A DNA stretch of 64,000 nucleotides from Vicugna vicugna (taxonomy: Eukaryota). The stretch covers positions 3,239,061-3,303,060 of the forward strand of contig MU058423.1 of NCBI GenBank assembly GCA_013265495.1. The letters run 5' to 3'. A program made the translations under genes and the position numbers. The notes under the pieces were generated by a model. The model ran no database searches. It was not told the origin of the DNA and saw nothing but the letters and a program-made list of their open reading frames with translations. This document shows positions 51,010 through 63,334 of the stretch, in pieces (the stretch's first letter is position 1; every line of letters starts with the position of its first letter).

Positions 51010-53750
51010 CTCTGACTTCAAGACTTATTATAAAGCCATAAAGTAATTAATATAGGATTAATTACAAGGATTGGCATTAAGATAGATAAATAGATCAATA
51101 GAACAGAATAGAGAGTTCAAAAATAGACCAATGCATATGTGGACAATTGATTTTCAACAAAGATGCAAAGGAAATCCAATGGCGAAAACATAGTCTTTTC
51201 AACAAATGATACTGGAACAATTGCATAACCATATGCAAAAAACATAAACTTTAATCCATACCTCACATCATACAAAAAGTTAATTCAGAAAGGATTTTAG
51301 ACCTAAATGTAACACCTAAAACTTTTAGAAAAAAATAAAAAATCTTTGTGACTTTAGGTTAGGCAAAAATTTCTTTGATGTAACACTGGAAGCATAATCC
51401 ATTACAAAAAATCGATCAATTGGACTTCATCAATATAAAGAGTTTCTGCACTAGTAAGAAGATGAAAAATCAAAACACAGACTGGGGGAAAATATTTGCA
51501 AATCACATATTTTATATAGGACTTGCATTCAAATGGATGTTTTTACTAAAACATTCAAGTTTTTTAACTAAATGTTTTACTAAAAAACTAAGTTTTTACT
51601 AAAAATTAAAAAAATACATATGTATATAGGTCTATGTATATACTCTCAAAACCAAATAAGAAAACAATTCAATAAAAAAAGGCAAGATTTGAACAAACAC
51701 TTCACAAAAGATGATATACACATGGAAAATAAACACATGAAAAAAATCCTCTACTCCAGAATATATAAGCAGTTCATACGACATAATAAGAAAAAAACAA
51801 ATAACCCAATCCAAAAATGGGCAGAAGACCTAAACAAGCAATTCTCCAAGGAAGACATACAAGTGGCACATGAAAAAATGCTCAGTATCACTAATTATCA
51901 GAGAAATGCATATCAAAACTACAATAAGGTATCACCTCACACTGGTCAGAATGGCCATCATTCAAAAGTCCACAAATGACAACGCTGGAGAGGCTGTGGA
52001 GAAAAGGGAATCCTCCTACACTGCTGGTGGGAATGCAGTTTGGTGCAGCCACTGTGGAAAACAGTATGGAGATTCCTCAAAAGACTAGGAATAGACTTAC
52101 CGTATAACCCAGGAATCCCGCTCCTGGGCACATATCCAGAAGGAACCCTACTTCAAAAAGACACCTACATCCCAATGTTCATAGCAGCACTATTTACAAT
52201 AGCCAAGACATGGAAACAGCCTAAATGTCCATCAACAGATGAGTGGGTAAAGAAGATGCAGCATATTCATTACAATGGAATACTACTCAGCCATAAAAAC
52301 CAACAACATAACGCCATTTGCAGCAACATGGATGTCCCTGGAGAATGTCATTCTAAGTGAAGTAAGGCAGAAAGAGAAAGAAAAAAACCATATGAGATCG
52401 CTCATATGTGGAATCTTAAAATAAAATTAGAAAGGAATGTAAATACAAAACAGAAACAGACTCATAGACATAGAATACAAACTTGTGGTTGCCAGAGGGG
52501 AGGAGGGTGGGAAGGGACGGACTGGGAGTTTGAAATGTGTAGATACTGACAGGCATATGTAGAATAGGGCATATGTAGAATAGATAAACAGGAGTATACT
52601 GTATAGAACAGGGAAACATATACAAGATCTTGTGGTAGCTCACAACGAAAAAAATGTGACAATGAATATATGTATGTTCATGTAGAATTGAAAAATTGTG
52701 CTCTACACTGGAATTTGACACAACATTGTAAAATGACTATAACTCAATAAAAAAACGTTAAAAAAAATCCTTGACATTATTAGTCATTAGGAGAATGCAA
52801 ATTAAAACCACAATGAGATACCACTACACTCTTACTATATGTCTAAAATTAAAAAGACTAGTGATGTAAAATATTGGCAAAGATGTAGAACAACTAGAAA
52901 GCTCACTCCTGGTAGGGACATAAAATGGTACAACCACAAAACAGTTTGGCTATTTCTTAAAAAGTTAAACATTCATCTGTTATATGACCCAGTCATTTCA
53001 CTGCTAAGTGTTTGCCCAAGAGAAACAAAAGCATATATCCATATAAAAACCTGTACACGAATATTCCTAGAGGCATTTTTTAAATAGCCCCAAACTGTAG
53101 GCACATCAAATATACAACAGCCAAACTAAATGATAAACTAGTGGAATACTACTCAGTAAAAAAAGGAATGAACTATTGATACACACAACATGAATGAATC
53201 TCAAAATTATTATGCTGAATGAAAAAAAAAATCAGACCAGAAAAAAAAACCAATATAGGCTTTTTGATCCAATTATCTAAAATTCTAGAAAATGCAACAT
53301 ACCCTGAAAGCAGAAAGCAAATCAGTGGTTGCCTGGGGATGGGGAAGGGCAGGAAGAAGAGATTACAAAAGTTCCATCTATAAATGTATCAAACTAACAC
53401 TTATAAACCTCAGACTTATACTTCAAACTTGACAATGTTTAATGTCAACTAAAAAATGTTATATGTCAATCATTAAAAACAAAAAGAAAAAAGGACAGGA
53501 GCATGTACCTGTGCTGAGAAGATAGCAGGAGGTCTTTAATGAGAACATTAAATTCATCCATTCCCAGTACCACCCTGCCATTTATAAAAGGGATTACAAA
53601 AGTGGAGATGAAGCATATGGTCCTTATCTGAATTATGGTACGTGATGGTTTCATGTGTGTATACATATGTCAGAACATATTGAGTTTATACTATAAATGT
53701 GTGCAATTTATGGTATGTCAGTTATAAATCACTGAAGTTGTTTTATAAAA
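51010..53750 (+). mobile_element. Older L1 (ORF2 3' part plus 3' UTR), interrupted by two insertions
   Basis: Decayed ORF2 sequence (atagatcaatagaacagaatagagag, ttttcaacaaatgatactggaacaattg) resumes at 52771 (attagtcattaggagaatgcaaattaaaaccacaatgagata) and again after 53603. Confidence 0.8.
51751..52760 (+). mobile_element. Younger 5'-truncated L1 (ORF2 C-terminus, 3' UTR, poly-A)
   Basis: ORF2 C-terminal peptides ([35 protein letters not shown]); aataaa and A tail; TSD aaaaaatcct (51741-51750 / 52762-52771). Confidence 0.9.
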
Positions 53751-56700
53751 ATCAGTCTAACTCAACTAAGATCCTTCCACTAAATCCCTTTGTCTTCTGT
53801 GAACTGACTGCTAGGAATTCAAGGCATATTCATTTGTGCATTTAACAAGTAGATATACAGTACCCACTGTATACCAGGGACTGTTCTGGACACTGGAGAT
53901 ATAAACATAAGCAAACCAGAGCTCTGCGCTCATGGGGCAAACCCTCTAGCAGAGGAAGGCCAAAACAAGTAGCTGAAGTAAGAAATATCTAGTCCGCGGT
54001 TGCTTAATGTTATGGAGAAAAATAAAGCAGAGTAACAGGTGAGAACATTGAGAGATACAGTTTAGTTTACATACTACGGTCAGGGAGGACTTCTCCAAAT
54101 GAGGTGCTTAAGCTTGGGCATCAGGGAAGTTGAGGATGAGTCCTTTGGAAACCGAGGAAAAGAGCATGCCAGGCAGAGGGAAGAGGAAGGGCAAAGGCCC
54201 TGAGGAGCAAGAGGGCTTGGCCAGAGCCACGGGAGCACTCATGCTCCCTAGCTGCGGGAGTGCGGGTGGCTGACAGTTCTAACTGGGTCTCTCAGACTTG
54301 CCCTCAGATAAGAGCTGCCTTGCTCAAAGTCACACCCTCCTCCTGGGGGCAGCCACACCCACAGACTGGGAGATGAACAAATATAATTTCCCCTTGCCTG
54401 ATTTCAGGAGGGGAAATCTGAACGGTGCATGATGGCATCTAGCAGGCTGGGTGAGGGTGAGGCTAGAGAGGCACTTAGGGAGCAAAAGTTAAGGATGCAC
54501 TCACTCTTCGGTTCACACAAGCCCAGAGTTCCAGAGGTTTATGGTCATGAACTTAAAGAGATGCCAGTCAGCATGACTGTATATTTTTCTCTGGTCATGT
54601 GCAGGCACAGAGTAGGCTAAGAGTTGTGTTTAACTAGGACTAGGGTATTACTAGACAGGTATGATGGAGAGAGACCACAGCAAGGGAACTGAGACTGTTT
54701 ACAAGGAAGTGATTTATAATATGGGACTGTGGAAACTAAGCTGGGTGGGCAAGGAAGTGAGGCTTGCAATGCCTCACTATCCTGGAGGCTGAAGGGACTG
54801 CAATGGAGAGTGAAAAGTTGGCAGGAACAATAGAGGGGAGGACCCAGTGGAGTTAAAGAATTTGGGGGAAGGGTATTAGAGGGAAGTAAGAGGAAAACAG
54901 AGGAGTTGGTGAGTAAAGAATGGAATGTTTGAAGTACAAACTGGAAAAGTTTCAGTTCTTGGTGCTGCACCCATTCTAGGGTGTAACCATGGGAAGTGGC
55001 AGCTGAGGTCAGGTGGAAGAAAAAAACCTTTGAAAGTCAGGAGATCAAGAAATCGAGAGCCCTGAGAATTGGAAAGATTGTTCAGTGGGTATTGGAATTA
55101 CTAAGAATTCTGGCAGTAGTGAGGAAAGAGGTATTGAGACACTTGTTAAGCTCTAAGTACTAAAATGCTAGGGGAGCATCTTCTGATGCCTGTGGCCCAC
55201 ACGAACCACTGAGGGATGGTGGATGGTATAACCTGATGCCATGAACTTCAGAGGAGCTGGGAGGTTCAGAGAAGAGGGAGAAACAATGATCTGGAAGTAC
55301 AATGGTTTTATGTTAGTCACTGATTTCTGGCTAATACCAACTTCTTAGTTGTTTTCCAGTAGGTTATGAGTGTTATTGATGAACAGTTCCACTGGGAAAC
55401 AGTGCATATAAAGCAGGTGCTTTGTGATATAAATTTACTTTAAAACTTTGAATTATTAAGTTTATCAATTGTCTGAAATTCTCCTTTCAGGAATGGGATC
55501 CTGCAAAACGGTAAATGCTTGAGTTCATGGAGTCAAGACAGTGAAGAGGAGAAGCAGTTACAAGAGTGAGTGTGTTTAAACATTCTTAGAGCACTAATAG
55601 GGTAATGCTAGGAAAATTAAGATTAGTCAAGAATCCCAAAGGCTGGAGAAGGGCTGAAAATAAAAGATAAATATGAGGGGCTAGAATGAAAAATAAAATG
55701 TTAGGATGCTGCATACCAAGTCTTCAGCTTTCCAGCTCCCAATACCTGTGTCCATATTGCTTGACATCCAACCTCCTTCACTAAGCTAATGTTAAATATT
55801 TTAGGTTTTGTTACCTAGTATACAATTCCAGATTCCAACTCTGTAATGTTAGGATTTGTTTTGCTGAGAGTGACAGAAACCTACAAAGAAAGTTATATCA
55901 GAAGTTCCTTTCTGATATCAAATATTAGAGGCAGAGCATCCAGGAGTGGTATGGCAAGCCTATTCCATGCTTCCTCAGTTTTTCAGTCTGCCATCCCTAG
56001 GATGAGCCTCTCTTTTTATTGGTGGAAGATAAAGCTCTAGCTGTCATATCAAAGTTCTAAGAAACAGAATTCAGTCAGGGAAGAGGGAAAAAAAGAACTA
56101 TATGCTAGTAAGCTCTTAAAAAATGTTCCTGCTTCCACTTCCATCCTGTTAGTCAGAAGTTGGTCTCATGGCTATGTCAACTGAGCTGAAAGGAAAAAAA
56201 GGGGGGGGGTACGTAGTCAAACAATTCTATTGCTATGGAAGAAGAGAAGAATGGATTTTGAACAGTGGGTCTCCACCACACGAATGAATGCATAAGGTAT
56301 AGCATAAGGTATAAGCTTAGGACAGAATTTGCAACATTTAACAGAAGAATAAATAGGAGGAAAATGGGATAGATGTGATTGCAGCTGATTTGCAGCTAAT
56401 ACTCACTGTAGGAGAAATAAAAAGTTTGGGCAATATAGAAGGAATATGGACTAGAATTGATTATCCAGGAAAAGATTGGACACTATGAGATTTATGGTTG
56501 CCCTCATTCATACTCCATTCTTCCTCCATACCTGTACCTCCTCCTTTAGCCTCTGGGCAGACCATTTCTATAAAGAAAACCAATCGTACCTAGGACTTCT
56601 TTTTTGATTTTTTTTGCCAAGTCCAATCAAGTAGATGACATTTTCTTACTGGTGCTGAGTATGGATAGATAAGGATTAGATAAATGTAAAGGAAATGCCA

Positions 56701-57159
56701 AGAAGGCCTTCACTGATCAGGGATCCAGGGTGGTTACAATAAAACAAATCAGAGTTAGGTTTCTGGGTTTCAAGAAGACACTCAGGCCATCTCAATAGAA
56801 AACAGAGAAGTTGCGAGGCTATCCACTGATCAGACCAAAACCAAAACAAAAAAAGAAAAAACCTAAAACAAAAAACCCCCAAAACTAGAAGGCAGCAAGA
56901 AGCAATGCAGCTTCAGAGTAGTTATTTATCATGGCTTCTCTTTTGCATGAGCATCCTCATATGACAACTATACAAGTCTTCTCCATTCTTCTAAAGACTG
57001 GACAATTCTTAGTTCTCAAACTTCTAGAAGGAGCTAGTCTGATTCACTCACATAATTCTCAACAAACTTACTGAGTTGAATCCTTTATACCAGACTACAG
57101 TCAAGGGTTATCAACCAACCTAATGAAGTGGCACCCTTATGAGTAGTATCTTAATCCAC

Positions 57160-57855
57160 TCTATCAGTCAGGCTCCAGTCAGGAGACAGAAAACACACAG
57201 CAATACGAACAGGGAAAGTATAATATAAAGAATTACTAATCAGTAACAGGGGATTAATTACCTTAGTTACTAAGGATAAGGAAAGCTCTTAAGAACACAG
57301 AAATAGTGGCTATAGGAGCAACCACTACCTCTAGGGCTGAGGCAGAGGACCCAAGGAAGGAGCAAATCTGGAAGCTTCCCTTGCAACCCTGAATCAAGGC
57401 TGAGATTCAGATTTTATTGGAGAGGGTGTGGCTGTAACCCACTGAAGCCCAGGGCGCTGGAGAGGAGGGGATGTCAACAAAACTAGTTAGGAAGCCAGCC
57501 ACTGGGTGTGCCAAGACTTACTGGTAAGTTACCGCTGAGGCACCAGCAAGACTTGTGCTGGGAGGCTGGCAGGGGGACCACTAGACTTGATGGGAAGCAG
57601 CCTCCTGTGAGGTGCCACTGGGTGTCCTACATGCCACTGGCCCCTACACACTGCAGAAGCAAGAAAAAGAAAACACACCAGAACCAGGAAGAGAAGTTCC
57701 TTTGTTCTGCAGCATCCCTCCAGCATCCTCTACTGAGAAGTTTAGCACTGTTGCAGCAGGCAAAGAGAAATGTTTAAAGGGTTCATCTCAGTATCACAAT
57801 CAGAGCAATGAAGGGTAAACTTAGGAGCTGACAAGAAATATATTGATACCTGGCA
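57160..57855. mobile_element. Possible ERVL-type LTR remnant
   Basis: Starts tatcagtcaggctccagtcaggagacagaaaacacac, which resembles ERVL-class LTR ends; extent uncertain. Confidence 0.4.
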
Positions 57856-58446
57856 CATCCACAAATCGTTGGTGGTTCCTAGACAAATCTCAATATAACT
57901 CAACTTCCCAGATCAAGGGTCAGAGATAGAAGATTTCATTTAGGGAGAAATGGTTCACTAAACCACTGTCTGGTTTGGCTGGATGAGTCCAGCACTTAAA
58001 TCTCCTCTTTTGGTACTATTAAGTGTCAAGGACACTGGTAACTTCAGGATTTCTGAACAGGAGGGAATGTGAGAGGGCAAGAGGACTTCTGCATTTGCTT
58101 GGCAAGCACACTTTTTTGTTTTCAAGATTGTTTATTCAAGATATTAGGAATTTGTGGGTGGTGGCCAAATCCACTGACTTAATAGAGAAATAAATCAACT
58201 TCAGAATGGCCAGAAAAAGTACTGACCAAGGAAAAACAGCTTTATAGATTAGTGGATTTTAGGTATTTGCAGATCATAGCTTAAGTGAGGATTTCCTTTC
58301 CTGATTCTTGGGATAAAACATCATGGCTTGTATGTCATATGAAATGAAACGAAGTTCAGCTGTTTAACTTAAACAAGTGTACCTCACTTTTCCAATAGGC
58401 TGGAAACCCTACCCCCACCCCTCCAACCCGCATATATATTTCTCCC

Positions 58447-58571
58447 CCTTTTTGGGGGGAGGTAATTAGGTTTATTTACTTACCTAATTTCTAATGGAGG
58501 TACTGGGTATTGAACCCAGGACCTTGCGCATGCTAAGTATGCACTCTGTGGCTGAGCTATACCCTCCCTTC
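58447..58571 (-). mobile_element. tRNA-Ala-derived SINE (Vic-1-like)
   Basis: ggggggaggtaattaggtttattt...tggaggtactgggtattgaacccagg...gctgagctataccctcc; degenerate flanking repeat ccaaccc..atatatt. Confidence 0.88.
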
Positions 58572-60505
58572 CCAACCCTGAATATATTTTACCTGTGCAA
58601 CATTATGGATCGTAATTAATAGAAATTGAGTGCTCTGAGTTAACAGTGGAGTTTAAGTCAGCTATAATGGTTAACATTTTTCAGTTGACTGTAGTCACAC
58701 TCATGTTTCCTATAGTAACAGTTGTGTTGATAGCCAATGATCCTGAAGTGAAAAATGCCACTTCAGAACTATTTGCAACATGCAGGGAGATATAGGATGG
58801 GATGATGAAGGAATTTCAGAGACTATCAGGAAGTGTTCCTTCCCCATGAAATCAGCTCTACTTGATATGCTATAATTGGGTTAGCCATTCAAGGCTGAAT
58901 CCACAAGATGATAAAATCAGATCAGGACCAGAACCAACTTAAAGTCCACCAATTGGCCAATACAGCCAGTGAGAACTGACCAACTAGTCAGTGTTTATAA
59001 TTGAGGCTGCATACTGGAAATGAGCTGAAAATTTTACAAACTGCCAGTGTCTGGGGCTCGTCTCTACTGTTCACATAAAAAACTACTTATATTCATTAAG
59101 AGGAACTTCTGGGGGAAAGGAATTGACCATTAACCACCCCTCCCCTTTTCATTTTTAAAATAAAAACAACTCAAAAACCAACAGCTATCGTCCTTGGGAC
59201 ACTCTCAGATCCCAAATTTGCTATTCATTCCCAACTACACAATATCTAATCACACCCTAGAAGAAAAGTAAGGAAATCACACCAAAGCCCCGGGGCATTT
59301 AGTTCTTCTGAAGTTGCACGTGAATTTTAGAGTCCTTTTTATTTTTCTAGACATGATTTGTAGCTTTCATTAGATTCCTAAAAAGGGGCCTGTAACTCAT
59401 AGGTTAAGAACCACTGCCTTACAGAACTAAGGAACTAGACATAATAAGATTATGAATTAGGGAGTATCGAAAGGGAAACTTTGTTATTAAAATCTCAAGA
59501 CTGATAATATACTAGCTCATGTATAGGATTTAATTGCAAATTGAACATTAAAAAACAGAAGAGGAAAGATACTAATACTTGGAAAGGTGAAATCATTTCA
59601 GTAAGTTAAGAAAACTGGATGGAGGCTGCTAGTTATATTAAGCTCTATCAAAAGCTTTTCAAGTTTTCTCAACTGCAAGAAACAATTTGGAGATGTCTTT
59701 CAGAGCCTTGTTTTCCATCTTTTAGAAAGCTACTCTCCAAAGTCATTCATATATTAACTAGTTAGTATTTACGTTCTCTTATGTATCATAATGCTCCTCA
59801 AAGTAAACCTGAAATCAAATGCAGTGTGGCATTTTCACTTCTACTTGAAATTCTTTCCCCATTTTACCAAAAACACACCACTGAATTATTGGTACTTCAG
59901 GTGGAACTATATTCAGAGAAGGAGCACCGTTCATTTAGGTATGCTGAAAGTATTTTCAATGTAAGATAAATCTATGGGCTTTCGTCACTCTGGAAGAGTT
60001 TTCTAATTTCTACATGTCCAGTGTTATTTCACTTGATGCTCAGTTTAAAAGATAAGGTGATTCAATAGTCTACTCTTAAAAGAAAAATAGCATTTTCAGA
60101 GGAATTCCTTCATTTAATGAGGTTTTTCTGAAGTTAGGTAGGTACAAATGTTAAGCCCACATAGGAAGAACTTTTCAGAATGTACTCCTTTGTTCCACTT
60201 AACACCTTTTGCAAGGTGGCTTCTGGATGCCCATCAATTGACCAACATAAACAGTGAGATAAAATGCATGTTAATATGGGATACACTGTCAGCAACACTG
60301 AAGTTTTAGTCCTGGCAATGACTGACCAAATCACTTTGGACCTCTATTTCTCTGTTCTAAAAAGAACTGGATGAGTTACCTTTTAAAAGTTCCTTCAAGC
60401 CCAAAATTTAAATGATTCTAATATGCAATCCAAGTGCAAAGTCCCTCAATTAGGATCTCTGCTGTGAAACTAAGTAATCACCTGATCAACTTAGTGACAC
60501 ACATT

Positions 60506-60706
60506 ATTAACACCCAGGGAACAAGGGAACTGCCTTATTAAGGACTCTAGAAAGGATGATTGGCTACCACATATGCCCAATTCTATCTACACATTTAAAA
60601 AATATACACACATTAACACCCAGGGAACAAGGGAACTGCCTTATTAAGGACTCTAGAAAGGATGATTGGCTACCACATATGCCCAATTCTATCTACACAT
60701 TTAAAA
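60506..60706. repeat. Perfect 95-bp direct tandem duplication
   Basis: 60506-60600 is identical to 60612-60706 (attaacacccaggg...ctacacatttaaaa), with an 11-bp spacer. Confidence 0.95.
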
Positions 60707-61668
60707 TTCACTTGTCACCTGTGCACTGAGATATCCCTCTACACAAAGTGTGACTCTACTAACCTTGTATCTATTTCTGCAATAAAAATATTAAAAAAAA
60801 TTTTAACAGATGGGGGAAAAGCCAACACCCAGGATAAAGGATTTAATCCAGTATTTATTCCGCACTCATGATCGTTCTCTGTAATCAGAATACAAGTCAT
60901 AGGAACAGTCTATCAAATAATTTGCTGATAATCTTAAATAATGCAACATAGCATTACCTTTAATACTTCTCTGTTCTAGATTAAGTTTAAAAACTCAAAC
61001 AGCAATCTTCATTATCAATAAAAAAAGTTCTGAATTTAAAAAAAGGACACTATCAAGCTGTTTCATAATTTAAGTATTTTCCATTTATAAAAATGCTTTG
61101 GAAGCTTGAGGCTTGCATCTATTTCTCTACTCATCTGCCCCACCCTCTCCCAATTTCATGTTAGTATAGGGTTGCTGCAAGAATGCTAGGCTTTAGACAT
61201 TAATTTCTCCTTTAATATAGTACTTTAAAATCTGAAAAATTCAAGAAAAAGATTACATGTCATGTATTTTTTTCAAATAAAAAAGGAAAGCTAAATGAAT
61301 AAATTTTAGGCATACTAACAGTGTCCCTTTGAGGTAGAATGCTAAAAGGACTTTTGATCAAATCACAGCCTAATTTAAACCTCTGCATCAGAAACTAACT
61401 TCTCATAAATTCTCTCTAAAGTTAACTGTGGAGAATGTGAAGTTTAACATATTAACAAGAGCCTTCCAAGGTAATATACAGTGGACAAGAATGTTAATCC
61501 TACAACTGCTGCCTTCATGTACATTGAAAGCACGTAATTCTCCTATAACAAATATCCAAGATCCATTCTCAAAGTCTTTAGCATTCTATTACGAAAAGCA
61601 CAGCCATGCTACTTCAGTACACAAACCATAATCCCACACCTACAAAACAAAAATAGAATTAGTGGCAG

Positions 61669-61674
61669 TTTATT
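61669..61674 (-). terminator. Candidate PRPF38B polyadenylation signal (proximal)
   Basis: AATAAA on the minus strand about 340 nt after the stop codon, with several UGUA motifs upstream and U-rich sequence downstream; another AATAAA lies at 60854-60859. Confidence 0.5.
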
Positions 61675-62012
61675 GCCTTATACAAATTTAACCAACATGG
61701 CAACCATGCCAAAGGAATTAAAACATTTTCAGGACATATGTACAGACTGTACATCTCAAAAACAATTAAACAATAAAAATGCAAGAACAATCTGTGCATC
61801 ATGTATCAAACTCAACAACTGGGTGAAAACATCAATGCAATATATGGGATTACAAAGGCACTTCCCTACACAAAAGAGGAAATGAAAATGCAGCCTACAG
61901 GGAGCCTGAAGAGTGCGAAACTACTGCACAATCTCAACTTGGGAGGGGGGAAAAAAGCAGATTTAATCCAACATTTATAGGATTCAATGTGATCCACTTG
62001 TACAAAAAATTT

Positions 62013-62865
62013 TCACACAGTCTCCTCTTTGTTTTTATGTTGCTTTTCTTGGCTCTCTGGTTCTATACTTTGGCTCCTTCGACGGTCATGTTTGTCAGAC
62101 TGGTCCTTACTATCACTGTGATCTCGTTTGTGGGAACGTTCTTTGCTTCTGCTACGCTTCCTAGATTTTTCTTTGCTGGGGCTATGTTCTCGTTTTCTTG
62201 ATTTTTCAACACTGTCAGTTCTTCCTTGACTGCCACTTCTACTCCGTTTATTTGATTTTTCTTTACTTTCATTTCTATGTTTACTTAATTTCTCTCTGCT
62301 CTTGCTTCTGCTTCGTTTCCCAGCATTTCTACTTCTACTCCTACTTCTATGTTTTCTTTCTCTGCTTCTACTTCTACTGTGCTTTTTCTCTTTCTTGGAA
62401 TCTTTTTTGTCATCTCTGTGCCGCCTATCATCTTTGTCTTCTTTATGTTTCTTTTCTTCTATCTCACCCCTACTTCTCCGTTCCTTGGACCGTTCTCTTG
62501 ACCGCTCCTTTTCTCGGTCATTACCTCTTTCCTTATCATAGTCACGGTCTCGCCTCCTACCTCTCTCATTTTCTTTCTCTCTTTCCCGATCCCTGTCCCT
62601 TCTATCCCCTTTCCTATCACGACTTCGACTACGGCTTCTATGTCTTTCCCTACTCCTGCTATGTCTGCGGTCCAGCCCCCGATCGATACTGCGGGATCTT
62701 CGCCTTTCTTTCTCCCTTTCTTTGGCTTCACGCTCTAGTCGCTGGCGTTCTTTCTCTCTTTCTAATTCTCGGTCAAAACTAGAAGACCCATGGCCCTCCC
62801 GATGATGGCTTCTACTTCTGGATCTTCTTGGGGACCTCCGTGGACTCAGTGATCTCCTTGGAGAC
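62013..62865 (-). CDS. PRPF38B: PRPF38B terminal coding exon (Arg/Ser/Glu-rich C-terminal domain)
   Basis: tag acceptor, then (R)SPRRSLSPRRSPRRSRSRS...KQHKNKEETV-TGA; phase 2 matches the upstream exon. Confidence 0.96.
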
Positions 62866-63110
62866 CTAATATTTAAGAAAGGAAGAGGGAAGGGAAAAAA
62901 ATGCGAATGAATCAAACATATCATAAAAATTTAACTTTCACCAGTGTTACTTATTTAGATCCGCAGCTTACATGTCAGGAATAATTAAAGCTAACAAAAT
63001 TTTCCCTATTTTTATTTACAGAGACATAATCTTGTTGAAAATGCCATGATTTCCAAGGACGTTTGTGCAAAGCAATTTTCAAAATAAGTGTAACTCAAGA
63101 ATCACATTAC

Positions 63111-63334
63111 CTTGAACGTCTGCGTTCAACATGTCTGTCTATTTCCTCAGCACCTTCCTTCCCATCTTTCTTGATTTTCCTTGGCCGGGTTTTAATCTGT
63201 TGATCGATATTCTTCTGAACCGGAACTGGAATTCTTGGAAACAAAGTAGAAAACCACTCCAGTTTTGTGAGAAAAGACCGTAGCATTTCTCCAATGGTCA
63301 TTACACAGCCTCCACCAGCCTTCACATCTAGGTC
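63111..63334 (-). CDS. PRPF38B: PRPF38B penultimate coding exon (224 bp; upstream exons lie outside the window)
   Basis: DLDVKAGGGCVMTIGEMLRSFLTKLEWFSTLFPRIPVPVQK...ERRRS, the end of the PRP38 domain; ctgtag acceptor, gtaatg donor. Confidence 0.96.

Noticed and set aside
52551..52582. 16-bp tandem repeat ggcatatgtagaatag x2
   Set aside because: A minor slippage duplication inside an L1 3' UTR with no sign of function.
60506..60706. CRISPR-like or prokaryotic repeat/defence system
   Set aside because: There are only two long units and no spacer array; the whole window is spliced mammalian DNA with no prokaryotic gene content.
61989..62782. Plus-strand hydrophobic ORFs (194, 79 and 70 aa) that look like membrane proteins
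   Set aside because: They are antisense shadows of the purine-rich PRPF38B RS-domain exon.
62866..62924. N-terminal part of the 303-aa ORF (MICLIHSHFF...)
   Set aside because: It is intronic polypyrimidine tract upstream of the acceptor at 62866; the preceding exon supplies the true frame.
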